A DNA stretch of 64,000 nucleotides. Origin: Iphione sp. A-MEVVRFRX5. Its lineage: Eukaryota. The notes below the pieces were generated by a model. It did not search any database. It had not been told where the DNA came from and was given only the letters and a program-made list of their open reading frames with translations. Positions 34,955 to 47,152 of this stretch are shown piece by piece. The translations under genes and the position numbers were made by a program. Numbering within the stretch: position 1 is the first letter of the stretch; each line of letters opens with the position of its first letter. The stretch covers positions 107,818,001-107,882,000 of the forward strand of contig OZ320316.1 of NCBI GenBank assembly GCA_976226885.1. The letters run 5' to 3'.

Positions 34955-36619
34955 CTAGGCTGTAGTGTTTCTGGACAACGAATCCTGAGTTGAATCCTGA
35001 ATTGTAGCTCTTGCCTTCATTAGTGCTTTCCCCACATAATTCCTACCATAAAAATGGCCCTGTGACAATGAGTCCTCGTTGAAGCTACAAGCGCTGCCGT
35101 ATAGGTTGTGCTGCGATATCTCAATGATTGTCTTACCTGACGTTTGGAGTAGGGCGCTTCTAAATAGAGGGTATTGTAGAGACTTGCTGAGAATAATTTC
35201 AGTTAGGACGCTCAGCTCCTTTTCTTCCCAGTCCTGAGTGGTGGAGACGGAGTCACCAAGACGTCTGGCGTGATATGGGTCCTGTGTGGTCACGATTTGC
35301 GTTGCAGTGTCTGAGTGACCATTCAGTTTGGCTTTCGTAGTCTGTAGCGCATGCTCCATGGATTTGTATTCAGTATTTTCAAACGTAACCGTTTCACAGC
35401 GTAGGGTGGAGAGGGTGCAGCTTGGGCCCCTAAATGCCAGTAATCCCTCACGATCAATTGTGTTGGCGTTTTCGAGGGTTAATCCACTGGGCAAACTATG
35501 CAGCTGTGTATGATTGTACGATTTTCCGTCTATTCTGACAGTAAGCCCTCGTACACTTGCTAGATGTCCATTTTTTCGGGCCAATACTGCTATGTCGTGC
35601 AGATGTTGATAGATCAGAATTGCTCCTTTAGGTATGTCTTCCCTCAAATAAACATACGTATATTCAGGGGTTTTGCTGAGTTTGAATCTGTTAGCATACA
35701 CTCTGTTACGGTTGTTAATCGAGTTAAAGGTGATTTTGACTGGTCGCTCCCTACCTTCCTGATAGTTGCCCACTCTAGTGATGGACGCTATATCTGATTC
35801 ACTTGTATTCGCATCCAGTGTACTCATAATGTCATAGATAGCTTCATCTAAGTCATATTCTGGTGAGTCAGGTAGGCCTTTTGCAATTAGGTTTACAGAT
35901 CTCCTTTTTGTTTCTTGTGTTAGCCCATTGCGCCTCGCTGTGTTTGTTGATGCTGTTTGATCATTTCCATTGTTTTTAGTGGTGAGGGAGCGGTTGTGTA
36001 CATGGTTGCGGTTTTGTTGGGTTAGCCCGTTGTTGCTTTTGCTACCTTCGTAGTTGTGTGTGAGTGTGTCATCAGGTACGTCGGTGTATTGAGTGTTGGT
36101 GGAGATTATATGAGGGGTTTCTGCCTTGGACACTGTTTTTTCAATTACCTCCACTCTGCGTACTGTGGATTTAAGGAGTTCTATCAGTTGGGCATTGCTT
36201 TTTACCAGAGATTGTACCGCATCGTTAATTGCAGTGATGTTATTGTCAGTATAATCCTTGATTTTTTTCATTTCACTTAGGACGTAGCATTCATTGTCCA
36301 GTATTGTGGATATGATTGTGTCCATATAAGAGTCATTACCTTGATCACTTTTTGGTGTAGCTGTGTCCATCTGCTTGTTGTGCGGGCTCCCCGTGCGGTC
36401 CGCGTTGTCGGTCGTACCGGTTGTCTGGGGTATGCTCCCCTTGCCGTCGGTCGATAATAGGATACAGCGCACGGTGTCCTCCTTGTCCGAGACGTCCTTT
36501 ACTTTGCTATGGGTTTTCTTGTTGTTTCCTACTCGTTTTCTGTCTTTCAGGTGTATATTCCTATAAGCTAATTCTTTGGCTTTAGCTAGGGTAGTTTTAG
36601 GTCTAGTCAGTGTACCCAT
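34955..36619 (-). CDS. LINE C ORF1 (554 aa): coiled coil, RRM-like, NADAR domain
   Basis: RSVNLIAKGLPD…ITRVG…ERPVKITF…VYLREDIP. The C-terminus has LAFRGPSCTLS…SMEHALQTTKA…ARRLGD…DWEEKE…ALLQTSGKTIIE…GRNYVGKALMKAR. Confidence 0.85.
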   Translation of the reverse strand: MGTLTRPKTTLAKAKELAYRNIHLKDRKRVGNNKKTHSKVKDVSDKEDTVRCILLSTDGKGSIPQTTGTTDNADRTGSPHNKQMDTATPKSDQGNDSYMDTIISTILDNECYVLSEMKKIKDYTDNNITAINDAVQSLVKSNAQLIELLKSTVRRVEVIEKTVSKAETPHIISTNTQYTDVPDDTLTHNYEGSKSNNGLTQQNRNHVHNRSLTTKNNGNDQTASTNTARRNGLTQETKRRSVNLIAKGLPDSPEYDLDEAIYDIMSTLDANTSESDIASITRVGNYQEGRERPVKITFNSINNRNRVYANRFKLSKTPEYTYVYLREDIPKGAILIYQHLHDIAVLARKNGHLASVRGLTVRIDGKSYNHTQLHSLPSGLTLENANTIDREGLLAFRGPSCTLSTLRCETVTFENTEYKSMEHALQTTKAKLNGHSDTATQIVTTQDPYHARRLGDSVSTTQDWEEKELSVLTEIILSKSLQYPLFRSALLQTSGKTIIEISQHNLYGSACSFNEDSLSQGHFYGRNYVGKALMKARATIQDSTQDSLSRNTTA

Positions 36620-36869
36620 TGTGGCGGTTATAAGACATTATTTACGGAGCGCCTCTGGGCACGTCCGACCGCCATGACGCATAATTCCTTAATTCCATAA
36701 TTCCGCCTACCAAATGGGATTGAAGAAAGTGCTGAGCCTATGTTTATGAGAGCATAAGATAACACCAACAAGCATGTTCTTTAAGTGATCGTAAAACAAT
36801 GGCTTGTATTATGTGTAATAAGCGATAACATAAGACGTAACCTGGGACTGATGACTTCGAATAAGCAAT

Positions 36870-37065
36870 CTTTATTGACATGATGAACACAAGTGTACAC
36901 AATTGCCCTAGGTGACTCTACTGTATTGTTAACTCATGTTTCTAAGTACTACAACTGTCTGTGAATAATCTTAAGTACCTCCATGTTTCTGTCAATTGTC
37001 CACGGATAACTTTGTGTCATGTGCAAAGAAGGTCAATAAACAGACTGAATTGAATTGAATTGAAT
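36870..37065 (+). repeat. L2-like 3' end fragment with (TGAAT)n tail
   Basis: Short stem CTTTG…CAAAG, AATAAA at 37035-37040, and (TGAAT)4 at 37046-37065. Confidence 0.55.
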
Positions 37066-37504
37066 CAAGTCAAAAATGTGGGTAGCATCCCTGAAGTTGG
37101 GTAGAGTGAAGTCCATGATCCCGATTGAGGTAAAATGCAGGCTTTTCAAAGCATTAGTCGTGCTGCATGTGCAATATGCAGCCGCACTGTTTTATGGAGT
37201 GTCACGATCGGACAAAATAAGTCTCCAGATTCACCTGAATAGGTGCCTCAGGATTGCTGTGCAGATGAACAGGATGCTATCTGTCACCCAGATAGCAATG
37301 ATGTTCGGCATCCGCAGGGTGCAGGATCTAATTGAGGAAAAGGCCCTTGCTGCCATACACCATCAAGTGCATCTGGACCTGCTACCCTGGGATGCTAAAT
37401 CGAAGACCTGGGGTGGTACCTCGGTGCGGGTAAAGCTACCCAGGCTGAGAAGTGTCCAGTTTGCCAGAAGCCTTACTTATGCAGCCGTGACCAAGTGGAA
37501 CTGA
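37066..37504 (+). pseudogene. C-terminal ORF2 fragment of a LINE A-related family
   Basis: MWVASLKLGRVKSMIP…LFKALVVLHVQYA…QIHLNRC closely parallels the LINE A C-terminus. Confidence 0.8.
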
Positions 37505-38889
37505 CTGCCTGGTGCATTAAAATCTGTCCCCAGACTGCCTAGGCCAGATTGAGAAAATGCCGCCAGAGTTCAACGGAAAGGCGTAATGGAGGTATAGACA
37601 GCTGGGAGCTGTCTTGTAGATGATGGACCTGAACACCATGACTGATGCAACAAAGACATCTAAACTGTGCTGTCTCTGCTGGTGACAGTGTCTGGGTCAA
37701 TGTTGATGCTAATGGACAGTGACGGTGACTGTTAGCTACTGAGTGGGGTACTGATCCGGACCCAACAAGCAGGACTGATCACAACCTACAGGGGTGAAAT
37801 GGACATCCCTTTCGGGGACTAGACAAGAACACAAGTACTAAACCCACACTACACATATCAGTTTACTGTCTATAAGTTCGCCCTGCATATAAGCAGGGGT
37901 AGACAACACATTAGGGAATATTTGTGCTTCTATGTCGGATATAAGATATTACTGGGCTACATGCACAACCAACATCACACACTGTCATGGTTTGGGATGG
38001 GGACAAATGTGCTGCCATTTCTTCACTGTTAAAACAGGTCAGGAAGGTTTATAGTTAATACTTGGTCTACCTGTTAAGGGGAGGGTTCCGCCTACCAAAT
38101 GGGATCTCTGCTGCTGTTCCCAGAGAAAGGATAGCACTTGCAGGGCATACTGCACAATCGCATTAGGCCAAACGGGTAGATAAATACTGAGGGCCTTAGC
38201 GATAATTGATGAGCCTATCAATGCAACACTACATGACGACCTTTGTGGCAAGTGGTGTAGGTATGACTAACCCATTTTGTGAGTGTCACTGGGGATGCGA
38301 GGAGTTTGTACCCAATCAAGTGTCATGTCCGTTTTTGATCTTGTGTCACTGACATAATTGCCTGGCTTACAACCGTCTAGGCATGTTGTATGTATTGATG
38401 TCATACTGACTCTGTGTCAGATACCATCAGCCAGGTACCTGAAAGTTGGTTTGACCTAAGAGTGCACGCAGTAACAATATGTGCATGATGCAGGTATGGA
38501 TGGCATGTTGCCTGTGTGGAAGATGCCATTAGTCTGTTTGATCTTACAGCATCAACATGATTTGATGATGCCATAATGAGCATATTGTGTATACCCCGGC
38601 AGCCAACCAGTCTGGTGCTATGTGTTTCAGCCATTATATGTTTCGTGCAGCTTGTTTTTGAGACTGTATGTTTACTACTGTGATGTCTGCACTCAATGTT
38701 GTACTCGTCTCACCCTTTGTCTATATGTCATATGTTGTCGTTGCATGTTGTATTTATGTCTTGTATTAACCAAGGAGAACTTTGTACCAATATGAAGACT
38801 ATGGTTAAAAACACAAATCAAATCAAAAGTTTTTTTTTCATAAATGTACATGTTATTTTTTACTATATATACCATTTTCCACCGTACTG

Positions 38890-39100
38890 TTGAGATGACA
38901 ATGCCAACCGTCAACATCACTGTTGCTCATGATAAAAAATGCTCCAGGAGCTTGGTGGCCATGTGCTGCTGGTGATCCAGGTCAGTTTGAGGTACTGGAC
39001 CAGTTCCCTCAAGCTTGCGGGTGCTTTCTCTTCCAGCTTATGGAACATAGGTTCAATGTGCTCATGAGGAAGGAAGGGAATGGCACCATCTACTTCATAA
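38890..39100 (-). pseudogene. MULE/Mutator-type transposase exon remnant
   Basis: Minus-strand translation gives AIPFLPHEHIEPMFHKL…LVQYLKLTWITSSTWPPSSWSIF…(fs)NSDVDGWHCHLN. This matches the MULE C-terminal TWI…WPP..WS…RTNNxxEGWH signature. Confidence 0.7.
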
Positions 39101-40619
39101 ATTTATGTGGGTGGTTATGCTTCAAATAGGCTGACTGAAATACAAGAGATTATTTCAGCATTAAAAATTTATTACTGTCAGTAAGAATGTAAATGTAAAC
39201 ACAATGTAACTAAATGTAAATAACAACTCACGTAGCATTTTTATCTGGGCCCCAGCTGGGAACTGACTGGGTTAGCTGGGTATACTTGGGCTTGGGTTAC
39301 AGGTGGGCTTTGGCATAGGATGCAGCTTGGTCCCAGTTGGGCTAGCCCAGGAACTTTTCTCTTGCTATATTTATTGCCTTTTATTCACTTTCCTCCCACT
39401 GTCCATCCATTCCTTCCTCTTTCTCTTATCTAACCAGTATTTTTTTTTATATAAATAGGAACATTAACTATGTTTTTTAAAATGATGTTCTTATTAAATA
39501 ACTGAATCTAAATTTTGCTTTCAGCAAAGAGTCATAATTAAGTAATTATATGTACAGCATGCAAAATCAAATTCCATTATTTAGTCCAGTAGGATATGTA
39601 CAGATTTAACCCTGGCACATATTTCTGTAACAGATGCTCCCTAGCTTAAGACTAGATACCATAAAATGAAATCTCCCTACTTCAAAAGGTGAAGGTCACA
39701 ATCATGGCACAGGTTTTGAATGGGAAAGTTTGACCCATTTACTACTTCGGTTCTACTGCTACGAATTTGATACAACAACTTGCAAATAAAAGCTAAGAGT
39801 GTGCGGAATACAACGAGCTAGATCTTTCTATGTTGATTAGTGAGGAAGCTATGGCCATTTTAAGTTTCGTGGCTGATTTGCAGTAAAAATGGCGTTTTTC
39901 CTGTGATTCTTGGGAGTGGGGAATCAAGCCACTTCTGGCAAGCAAGGTGTAAACAAAGTGTTGTCAAACCCAATTTAAAAAGAACAAGCACCTTCGATGC
40001 CTATACTGGTTGATTAGAGTGTGTTGTTTATTTGGGGTTGGGGTGTCAGAGATGAGGGAAAGGGATCAAAGTTCAAAATGCCATACTAGTTTACAACCTC
40101 TCAGTTCTGCTTGACTGGACACACACGGTTGCAGGAATGCATCTCTCTGTGTAGAAAGTAGGGCCATATATATCATGTTTTTAATAGCAAGCATTCTATA
40201 CACACCAAAGATGAATCATCATCCCTATTTTGTCTTAAAATGAACTTATGGATCAATCAGTATAAAAACTATTGTATTTCTGTATAGCCACATCAGTATG
40301 AGATGATAGTCCCATGGCAGAACTACTTTCGGGCAACGTTTTATATGTGTAGTGTAAGAAACATTCGAAGATGACATAACTTTACTTGGTTCATTAGTGC
40401 TGCAGATATCAAATCTGGAGATATCATGTAAATAGTAAACCTGAAATGATATCTAATCTAAAATGGTGTGGCAGTATAAAATAGGTAGAAATCAAATGTT
40501 CATTTATAGTAAGCAACTGTTGGTAGTAAGCCATCAGTGTTTTTTCATAGTTTTTTATCAGATTCACTGTATCAAAATATCAATTAATCTAATTCTTTAA
40601 AACTTTGCTTTTCTTTTCA

Positions 40620-41480
40620 TAGGTCTCCATGCTTGGGGATATTGATGGGATAGCAGTCAATGATGTCATAAGGAGACTAATGAACCGACTGATGAGTAAT
40701 GAGATGACCTTGAAGTTTAACCTCCAGGAACAAAATGGAAAGAAGCCACTTGGTGACACAAGGCTTTTCCAAACTGCTTATAGTAAGTGCAGTCTAAACA
40801 GATGTCATCTCAAATCTAATTATTATTTAATAATATTGGAATATAGTTGGACCTCTCTACTGCAGACACAGGACGGATTTTGATAATTGTGTCCACAGTA
40901 GGGGTTGTTCATAGTAGACACGACACATTAAATAGAGGGCTTTCACATGGTTCTGGAGACATCATGTTGGCAGTAAGGATTGCCTACTGGGTCAGGTTGT
41001 TCATTAACAGCAGCCCACTGTATGATGTTCATGTGAACAGGTGGCAGAATACAGGCATATGCTCCATGCATTCCTGTGTTGATTCTCTCTTTACATGCTT
41101 CATTCCACTATTTATCTGCTGTATCATAAATATTTTTGCTCTATTATGATGATTTAACTAGTCATGTAACATCTTGTTTTATTTATATTCTTGTAATTAT
41201 AACTAGTCCAGTGCAAAACCAAGATCTAACCAACACTAAATCAACCATAGTTTAGTTCATTCACATATAACTTTATTCATTACTTCTCAAATAGAAATAC
41301 CCCTTTTACAAGTGATGCATAATCTACAAGTGAGACCGAGGATGTTAAGGGAAATGCACTGATGACTGACAAGACCCAGGAAGAAGTTGAAGCGTCAGTG
41401 CCAAAATGGTTACTTGGGGCAAGAGACAGAAATGGCCTGTGCTCTGTGCATGCACAGAGAGAAAAAGAAAGGCATGCACT
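40620..41480 (+). pseudogene. DUF4806/BEN-like two-exon gene remnant (transposon accessory type)
   Basis: Exon 1 reads LGDIDG…VIRRLMNRLMSNEMTLKFNLQEQNGKKPL followed by a GTAAGT donor. Exon 2 reads …EVEASVPKWLLGARDRNG. Confidence 0.5.
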
Positions 41481-42330
41481 GAACCAGTAGGAGACAAGAA
41501 AGATTTTTTGTAGTTTTAGAACTTAAGATAAATTTTTACATTTTTGCATCTTTTCTTAACCTTATGCTGTCCGCCGTAGAAGGCTCGCATGAAGGGCGGT
41601 GCATGGGGTGCTTCCTTCTTTTCCTAAGAAATGCGTATATGAATGGGTGTGAAAGTGTTGAATAGGTATTCATTGGTCAGAGTACATTCCAAATTGTGTA
41701 TGAGAGTATTTTATTAAAGGCTAATGATGGAAATAAAGATATACCGATTTGATGAATGACACAAATTCGTTAAAGATTTTATATAAAAAACCATGTTGTC
41801 TGCGGAAAAAGCTTGAAATCATCTCAAAATACTTACCAAAAGTGGCATATTGTTATGAACGAATTGTAGCAGGAATGGTTGTGAACACGTATGTATTTCA
41901 GTTGTAATTGTAAGCATACGATTTATGGAGAAAGCAGCATTTAACGAAGGGGTACTTTTTTCATGAATGAAACACCAGGTGGCAACAGTTGTTAGGCGCT
42001 ATCCTCATGTATGCGTGGACACGCTCACGTCCACACAGGCGTGGACATCGCAATGTCCACGCAAATGGATTTGATCAGAGCTATCCTCATGTACGCATAT
42101 TATACGTCCACGCGAGCGGGGGCGTATTGCCGATTGGACATGTAGCGGGATGTACGCTTCATTCTGCGTGGACATTCGGGGGAACTAGGTCAACTCACAT
42201 CACATGACCATGCATTCTCGAGTGGTTGACCCGCTTTCATGGCTTCCGTCAACTTTGCTTGGACATACGTGTGACCGATCCGCTGTATTTGTCCAACCAT
42301 TTTCGAGCTTGGACATAGGAACGTCCAATC

Positions 42331-42537
42331 ATGCCGTCAAAGAAAGGTACAAACCCATTGACACGTTGCGCTGATGCCGATGTGGATCTTTTCATCGCTG
42401 CCGTCCAGGTCCGACCGGTTTTATATGATGCGAGCAGAGCTGATCACAAGGATATCATAAAAGTTAGACAGGCCTGGCTTGGTGTCATTAACTCCATGTC
42501 GATGGAGGGACTTGAAGGTTGGTTTGCATGGACATAG
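42331..42537 (+). pseudogene. MADF domain first exon within the Harbinger element
   Basis: LFIAAVQVRPVLYDASRADHKDIIKVRQAW matches the MADF N-terminal pattern. Confidence 0.7.
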
Positions 42538-43669
42538 CAATGTCCGATCACGAAATAACATGTTGTTGTTATTCATATTTTAGTCTTTTTCTCAGTACTT
42601 GCATTTTCACCTTCTAACCACTCAAATAGCTTATCCTGTGCTTTTGGGGGTCAGAAGGTATCACAACAATGTTTTTTATGCTGATGTGTGGAAATAATGA
42701 GCCTCTGTTTTATTTTTTTTTGAGTTAGGTATCACTGCACTGTTTTTTATATGTATGTATTTTTTTTGTGTATATGTATTTATTTATTGCAAAGAATAGA
42801 CTTATTGCTTGCCAATTTTTTACCTTATATTTTCCTGTGCATACTGTTTCTTGTACACTTTGTAAATGATTTATTTTGCTGGATGAATAATATCTTAATG
42901 CAATCAGTGTAGTGAGACAGGTAGCCATCTTGTCTCAATTTGAAAAAGGCGGGAAACTCACACAGGCAGCAGGCAGACTCAGAGGAGGAGTGGATAAGGA
43001 GGACATTTTTGTTTTGTTTCACTAAAGTCAAGTAAGTATATATTCAATCTTGCATTTATGTTATATTTTAACCTATGTACTTGTAGTACATACTGATGTA
43101 CATTTGGAATTGTTTTTCATTATTTATGTCTTGCATTTTGGCAAATATTTCCTCTGCTAGGTTTCATCAATGGCAAGGATGGTTTAGTCACTTGACAGTG
43201 AGGCAGTTGTTATATGTCTTTTCCTGATGTTGTTGAATACATGTGTTTTTGATTATTTCACTCTGATGTACTTGCCAGCTGTTTTGCATATATTAACATT
43301 AGCTGAAGTTTTTCTTTAGTAGTATATATTTGCCATTTTTTGTATGTATGTGATTTTCTGGTTGGACATGTACATGGTAATGTAATTGTATGATAAAGTT
43401 ACACATATGTCGGTGTATGTTTCTGTTTATAGTAAATATCTCACCTGAGGTGTAAATTAGAGTGTTTATGTAATTTTTTTTGTTTAACTTTAATACACCA
43501 GGTGCTTGTCATGTTTATAGTTAGCAATGAGATATTGAATGTTTTTGTTCATGTTAAATTGGTCAATGTGTTTTAAGGAAACATGTAGGAAGCATATAAT
43601 GGTGTATGTTATAGTGAGAGATATATTTACTGCTGTGTGTGCATAGGAGAAATACAGCAAACCTATAGC

Positions 43670-44083
43670 AGGTGTTGTGTTATGTACCTAGCAACCAACT
43701 ACTTTTGCAGATAGGTTTAAGTTGGTTTTTTTTTTCCCATGGTAGAGTAGCATCAGTGGCATTGTCTGGCCTAGCTGTACTGGTAGGCCTACTGCTGTGT
43801 GCGCATAGGAGAAATACATATGTCAGGGTTTGGCATGTTAAAAGACACCTACTTTTTTTTTTTTTTTCCAAATAATTGTGTGTTGTTTGGTTTTTTTTGT
43901 GTGTGATCAATCTGTACTGCTTGGTCACTCAGTGTGATATACATATTTGCATACAGCTAACCTATACCAGTTGTTGTGTTATGTACATAGCAACCAACTA
44001 CTTTTGCAGATAGGTTTAAGTTTTTTTTTTCTCATGGTAGAGTAGCATCAGTGGCATTGTCTGGCCTAGCTGTACTGGTAGGC
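43670..44083 (+). repeat. Internal direct duplication of about 110 bp (about 43670-43785 and 43970-44083)
   Basis: Both copies read GTTGTGTTATGTAC…TTTTGCAGATAGGTTTAAG…CATGGTAGAGTAGCATCAGTGGCATTGTCTGGCCTAGCTGTACTGGTAGGC. Confidence 0.85.
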
Positions 44084-45499
44084 TGGTATTTGGAAGTAGG
44101 TTGCATGTAAGGGTATGTTGTGTTTGTTTTCTTCCAGTTGTAGCTATGAAGGCTATGCTGTAGTAATGGAGACCTTCTATTCACTGTGCTATAATATTCT
44201 TTTTAGGATGAAACGATTTGGTATTAGCCCAAATGCTCCAAAGTATAATGCAAAGCGCGCGAAGGCCTCCAGGGACGAGGAAAACACAGAAGACCCGGTC
44301 AGGGCCCGTGCCAGGCGATCCTTGGATCGCCTGGAAAGGCGTCGTTTGTAGAAGATCGGTGAGTGTTTGTCAATGTCCTTACAAGTTACTCCACTTGACT
44401 ACAGACAAAAAATGGTAGGTTGGAAGGGGGCATTATGGCATATGAGTGCGTTCAGAACAATTGCAATACACTGACTCCAAACTAAATGTCGCAGAGTACC
44501 AACTTAGAACTAATAGAGATGGTTAAAGAATATACTGAATTTACATCTGACAAGACATTAGGCAACCTATCATAATTTTGAAGAATAAACTAGTGTTCTG
44601 GTATTGTTTGTGATTTTTTATATATGACCTAATACAGGAATGATGCCTATTTTCTATAATCCAACATTAAAAAACATTTAATGTATTTCAGCTAAACGTG
44701 AATGTCCAGCCACTGTAAATATTTTTTCTGACTGGACATGTTACAAGATGTTGGAGACATAAAATCCTTGTTTTCTTTTGATCAGACAGTTCTATGTGCA
44801 AAATAAAAAATATTTTGGCTGATTGGACATGCTAAAGACCAAGGTAAACATTTCTAATTATTATTTGGACATGTCAGACATCATTATTCACTGTCAATGG
44901 GACACATGGGTGTTTGTTTACAACTGACAGAGGATGGGTACATCTAGAAATGGCAGTTTATATTCTATCAGACAGTACTATGTCCACGCAAAAAAATATT
45001 TTGTCTGATTGGACATGCTACAGTCCAAACTAAACATTTCTGATCAGTCTCCATTAATTACATGCCTATATATGCATGAATACTTACTTAAGATACGATG
45101 TTGTTAAAATCAGTGGTGATCGGACGCCATCTTGTGCCAGCCACATCCGGTTTGGACATGGGCGTGTCCACGCGTCAACAGGCGTGTCAACGCATACGTA
45201 TCCCCACGCCTCCTGGAGTGTATTTGTGCGTGGACACGCCCACGCCCGCGCGGACGTGGGCGTGTCCACGCGTACATGAGGATAGCGCCTTAATGACGAT
45301 GTAATCCATCCAGTGCACTCAAGTATTACGGATTAAATTACTATTCAAAAGGGTGTTTTTTTTAAACTAATATAAACATAGGAGTGGGACATCAAAATGT
45401 TAACACATTGTTCTCGAGGATGATGGAACAAGAAACTGTAATAAATAATAATGATTGCTATGTGTTAGGGAATGACACGTCATTCATGAATCTTAACGT

Positions 45500-46217
45500 T
45501 GGAGGAAGCTTGTCACATCGCCCGGGTCACATTGTAACTCTTGCTGAGATCAAACCAGTGTAAAGGCATCTAGAATGGAAAATCTCATCAGAGCTTTTGA
45601 AGAAGAAGGGTAAGTCAGTTGCTTTTGAGTTTGTATGCTTACAGAATGTTTACCATAGATTTATTTGTCAATTACAGCGAAAGTGGTGATATGTCACGCA
45701 ACACATGGCATTCAACCTTACGTCATGCAGTGTTGTTGTACTACATATCATGATCTGCTAATGTCATCGTTGTATTGAAATAGTTCTTGCTCACTGTTTG
45801 TAAAGCCCACTATTCATAATTGACACAATAGTCTTGTTCCTTGCAGTCTTACTGCTCCAGAAGGCCTTATAAGGTTGATTCAAACATCTAAGACGAGAAG
45901 GAGCATGTATCATGCACTGTGGGCCGCCTGCAAGGTATACAGCAGTTAACAATGAGCTCAATTGTCATGAAGTTGTAATAAGCTGTCTTTGGCTATACTG
46001 ATATATTACATACCACCTTCATATGAATGCAATATTTGCTTAATCTAACAGTCTGTCTTTATATTAGAACATGTGTAGTAAAAATCTGACTACATACTTT
46101 CAGTTTGGTGCCAATCTGAGTGGACACAAGAGGACATATGCATTCCCAATTGAAATAAGGGATGCATTCAGGGAGCAATTCCCTGAAATTTCTCCAGCAT
46201 CGTACGATGAACAGTAC
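45500..46217 (+). pseudogene. Possible P2X7-intracellular-domain-like multi-exon remnant, interrupted by gypsy 2
   Basis: The exon …YFQFGANLSGHKRTYAFPIEIRDAFREQFPE…QY continues as EGRPD after 57377. The resemblance is loose. Confidence 0.25.
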
Positions 46218-47120
46218 TGTAATGTTGTCTGTGGCACCACAGCCACTTGTACTGTACTTGGTGAACTCTAGAATTAACGCTGACTGTGGCCTCGCAGTCG
46301 TATGTAGTGGTAGACACATGTACTGTACTTGGGGAACGCTAGAACGGACGTTGACTGTGGCACTGCAGTCGTATACAGTAGTAGATACATGTACTGTACT
46401 TGGTGAACTCTAGAATTAATGTTGACTGTGGCACCGCAGTCGTATGTAGTAGTAGATACATGTACTGTACTTGGCGAACTCTAGAATTAATGTTGACTGT
46501 GGCACCGCAGTCGTATGTAGTAGTAGATGCATGTACTGTACTTGGTGAACTCTAGGAACAATCTCGGCTGCGGCACCACAGCCAGCCAGGGTAACTATGT
46601 CGTAGTAATTTAGAAAAATGGTCATGGCCTGTGGCATCACAGGCAAGTTGTATGGCCCTGAGCCCTGGATGCCCAGGCATCTGTAACTTCGTATCTGATT
46701 GCTCTGAGATGATTGGTAGAGAGTAAGGCACACACCACATGTTGTAACAGTTTTATTCCATGAATGATACATCGTATGGATCACATGACCAGGAGTTTGA
46801 CTATAAATATGGGCCCTGTGTGGCCAATAAAACAGTTTGCACTTGGAACTCACTAGTGGACCTTGTTGATTGGGGATGTAACAAACCCACTTGGATTACC
46901 TAGGGTTGACACTTGGATGTAACCGCACTGGGACTACAGTGAAGTAACTGAGACAGGATAGCACTTATCAATAGTTGGATTCACCAAGTGGGAAATTCAA
47001 CAGGGGAATTATCCTGGAGTTAGTAACTGGACATAGCCTCACTGGAATTACAGTGGAGTAACTAAGGGAGCTAGCATTTAGTTGGATTACACCAAGTGGA
47101 GGAGTTAACCAAACATTACA
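46218..47120 (+). repeat. 5' LTR of gypsy 2 (903 bp)
   Basis: TGTAATG…CATTACA. TATAAA at 46802 and AATAAA at 46826. I saw only 3 substitutions relative to the 3' LTR by eye. Confidence 0.98.
46248..46555 (+). repeat. 71-bp tandem array (4 full copies + 1 partial) in LTR U3; also at 56505-56812
   Basis: Units start at 46248, 46319, 46390, 46461 and 46532 (TGTACTGTACTTGGTGAACTCTAG…). Confidence 0.95.
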
Positions 47121-47121
47121 C

Positions 47122-47139
47122 TGGTGGCAGCGGTGGGAT
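47122..47139 (+). promoter_or_regulatory. Primer-binding site for tRNA-Leu
   Basis: TGGTGGCAGCGGTGGGAT lies 1 nt after the LTR. It is complementary to the …ATCCCACCGCTGCCA-CCA end of tRNA-Leu. Confidence 0.9.
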
Positions 47140-47152
47140 AATCAACAGCAAG

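Larger units (their letters stand above)
31300..36700 (-). mobile_element. LINE C (CR1/L2-group, three ORFs), near full length
   Basis: ORF1, an SGNH-like ORF and APE-RT. The 3' end has AATAAA (31328-31333) and a (TTCAA)n tail (about 31300-31325). Confidence 0.9.
41995..45289 (+). mobile_element. PIF/Harbinger DNA transposon (non-autonomous, 3,295 bp)
   Basis: About 38-bp TIRs GGCGCTATCCTCATGTAYGCGTGGACACGCYCACGTCC. TTA TSD at 41992-41994 and 45290-45292. It contains a MADF exon; no DDE nuclease is visible. Confidence 0.9.

Noticed and set aside
38040-38660. Coding-like minus-strand remnants (…KPTFRYLADGI…, …CDCAVCP…)
   Set aside because: They are heavily interrupted and I could not assign a family.
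39240-40400. Possible non-autonomous DNA transposon (CCCAGCTGGG-rich end, typical internal text)
   Set aside because: No matching TIR pair or TSD was found by eye.
41557-41700. TTAACC… start resembling a piggyBac terminus
   Set aside because: No partner TIR was identified in the window.
46248-46555. Regular 71-bp repeats as a possible CRISPR array
   Set aside because: The units are contiguous with no unique spacers, lie inside both LTRs, and there are no cas genes in a eukaryotic context.
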